Origin: Thermomonospora echinospora
Lineage (GTDB): Bacteria > Actinomycetota > Actinomycetes > Streptosporangiales > Streptosporangiaceae
Assembly: GCF_900108175.1 (NCBI RefSeq)
Contig: NZ_FNVO01000009.1
Coordinates: 102,744-166,743 of the forward strand
Direction: 5' to 3'
Length of the DNA stretch: 64,000 bases
The notes under the pieces are model-generated. The model had not been told where the DNA came from, did not search any database, and saw only the letters and a list, made by a program, of their open reading frames with translations. The position numbers and the translations under genes were made by a program. Positions 62,746-64,000 of the stretch are shown in pieces (position 1 is the first letter of the stretch; the number at the start of each line of letters is the position of its first letter).

Positions 62746-63078
62746 GTGACCGTCCTGCGCTCCCTGCTGCTGTTCGTCCTGGCCGCGCTCGCCGAGATCG
62801 GCGGCGCCTGGCTGGTCTGGCAGGGCTGGCGGGAACACCGTGGGCTGCTGTGGATCGCCGCCGGGGTGATCGCCCTGGGCGCCTACGGCTTCGTCGCCAC
62901 CTTCCAGCCCGATCCGAACTTCGGCCGCATCCTCGCCGCGTACGGCGGCGTCTTCGTGGCCGGCTCCCTCGCCTGGGGCATCGTCATGGACGGCTTCCGC
63001 CCCGACCGCTGGGACCTCGCCGGCGCCGCCCTGTGCCTGCTGGGCGTCCTGATCATCATGTACGCCCCGCGCGGCTGA
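62746..63078 (+). CDS. ynfA: YnfA-family (UPF0060) small membrane protein
   Basis: Size is 110 aa with four TM segments. It is collinear with the YnfA family throughout. Confidence 0.8.
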   Translation: MTVLRSLLLFVLAALAEIGGAWLVWQGWREHRGLLWIAAGVIALGAYGFVATFQPDPNFGRILAAYGGVFVAGSLAWGIVMDGFRPDRWDLAGAALCLLGVLIIMYAPRG

Positions 63079-63210
63079 GCTCATCACGTACGGCCCCGCG
63101 CGGCTGAGGCCATCACGTACGGCCCCACGCGGTCGAGGTCATCACGTACGGCCCCGCGCGGCTGAGGCCATCTACGACCCCGCACGTACGACCCGCACGG
63201 CTGACGCCAT
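63061..63210. repeat. 29-bp minisatellite, 4-5 tandem units (CATCACGTACGGCCCCGCGCGGCTGAGGC), first unit overlapping the ynfA stop codon
   Basis: Read in the sequence. The unit is a near-copy of the last 25 nt of ynfA (ATCATGTACGCCCCGCGCGGCTGAG). Confidence 0.9.
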
Positions 63211-63341
63211 CAGGTGCGGATCCGTGTCCCCTGGGCCGTTGGCCGGTCATGCCGCCGGCGCTCTCGCGTCGGGCGGTGGGCGTCCGTTCGTTCGCGAGGG
63301 TGTGCGGTGCGGCGGGACAGTGACGCGACGCGGGGCGGGGA

Positions 63342-63722
63342 TCAGGTGGTGGCGGCTTTGAGGAGGGGGCGGATGCCGGGGTCGCTGATGCGGTAACGGA
63401 CGACGCGGCCGTCGCGCTGGGGTTCGACGACGCCGGCGGTGCGCAGCAGGCGCAGCGCCTGGGAGACGGCGGTGTCCGACATGCCGGCGGCGGTGGCCAG
63501 GTCGGTCACGCTGATCGGGCCGGCGGAGTCGATGGCCAGCAGCAGGGTGAGCCGGCCGGGCTCCGACAGCAGGTCGAAGCGGCGGGCCCAGGCGGCGACC
63601 CGGTCGCGGTCGCCGATGGCCGCGATGGCCTCGCAGGCCCGGTGCTGGTCGATGGCGGGGCGGTGGGCGCGGTCGGCTGGCACCAGATGCACCTGTCCAT
63701 GGTGCCAGAACTCCATCCCCAT
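63342..63722 (-). CDS. ArsR/SmtB-family metal-responsive transcriptional repressor
   Basis: Shows the HTH_5 pattern LLAIDSAGPISVTDLATAAGMSDTAVSQALRLLRTAGVV. An Asp/His-rich N-terminus is present. An alternative start lies at 63716. Confidence 0.8.
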   Translation of the reverse strand: MGMEFWHHGQVHLVPADRAHRPAIDQHRACEAIAAIGDRDRVAAWARRFDLLSEPGRLTLLLAIDSAGPISVTDLATAAGMSDTAVSQALRLLRTAGVVEPQRDGRVVRYRISDPGIRPLLKAATT

Positions 63723-63723
63723 A

Positions 63724-63748
63724 CCTGCGCAATCGTGCAGGTATGGCT
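63724..63748. promoter_or_regulatory. Inverted repeat TACCTGC-n8-GCAGGTA immediately upstream of the ArsR start (candidate autoregulatory operator)
   Basis: Read in the sequence. ArsR/SmtB repressors typically bind imperfect 12-2-12 inverted repeats overlapping their own promoter. Confidence 0.35.
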
Positions 63749-64000
63749 AGGCTGTCCGGGCCGTGGTGATCGGGAATTCCGGTGCGGCGCACCTCAGCCA
63801 GGGGATGCGCCAAGGCCGGAGCGGCCCTCGCCACTGTGATCGGGAGATCCTGCCGTTCCTTCCCGACGGGTCACGTCCCGCCGGGAGGCCACTGGGCGCG
63901 CGAGCGCCTGGGAAGGTCGAACGGCGGGCCGGACCCGTCAGCCAGGAGACCGGCCACGGCACTTGACCACCGTCCACGAGGTGTTGGAAAGGTCCGGTGT

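Noticed and set aside
59864-63210. Whether the 29-bp repeat arrays are CRISPR arrays
   Set aside because: The units are contiguous with no unique spacers. There is no cas gene in the window, and one array is simply a reduplicated gene 3' end.

Overview
This 64-kb window is a high-GC (roughly 70-73%) actinobacterial chromosomal segment. The gene content resembles Streptomycetales or Streptosporangiales: a SARP regulator, a LAL-type LuxR regulator, XRE/DUF397/ATP-binding triads, and a cutinase very close to the Thermobifida fusca enzyme. It is gene-dense, with about 55 supportable CDS, and dominated by regulators and signalling proteins, transporters, lipid and thioester enzymes and several secreted hydrolases. 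I recognised no rRNA, tRNA, CRISPR array, integrase or transposase.

Features that the ordinary gene calls do not explain:
- Three copies of a ~62-bp nested palindrome sit between convergent gene ends. One is at 135-197 and two lie in tandem at 23473-23649, bracketing a 23-kb regulator-rich block.
- A putative operon encodes an NfeD-like membrane protein, an unusually long flotillin and a 1744-aa protein with a C-terminal MoxR-like AAA+ module (30.0-38.5 kb).
- A four-gene cassette (TauD-like, helical-plus-TM protein, PP2C-like, NUDIX) is preceded by the only strongly AT-rich tract in the window and has visibly lower GC3 (38.5-41.8 kb).
- A 1440-aa hybrid histidine kinase is built from six near-identical 276-bp units encoding 92-aa HAMP-pair modules. 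It sits beside an ANTAR-PP2C protein and a Ser/Thr kinase.
- Several short tandem-repeat arrays were found. These are 67 bp x3, each with GGAGGAC-ATG; 29 bp x3, each with GGAGGGTG; and a 29-bp minisatellite made by tandem copying of the ynfA 3' end.
- A candidate 51-codon gene missed by the >=60-aa ORF track.
- A degenerate tandem duplicate of an XRE-DUF397 module.
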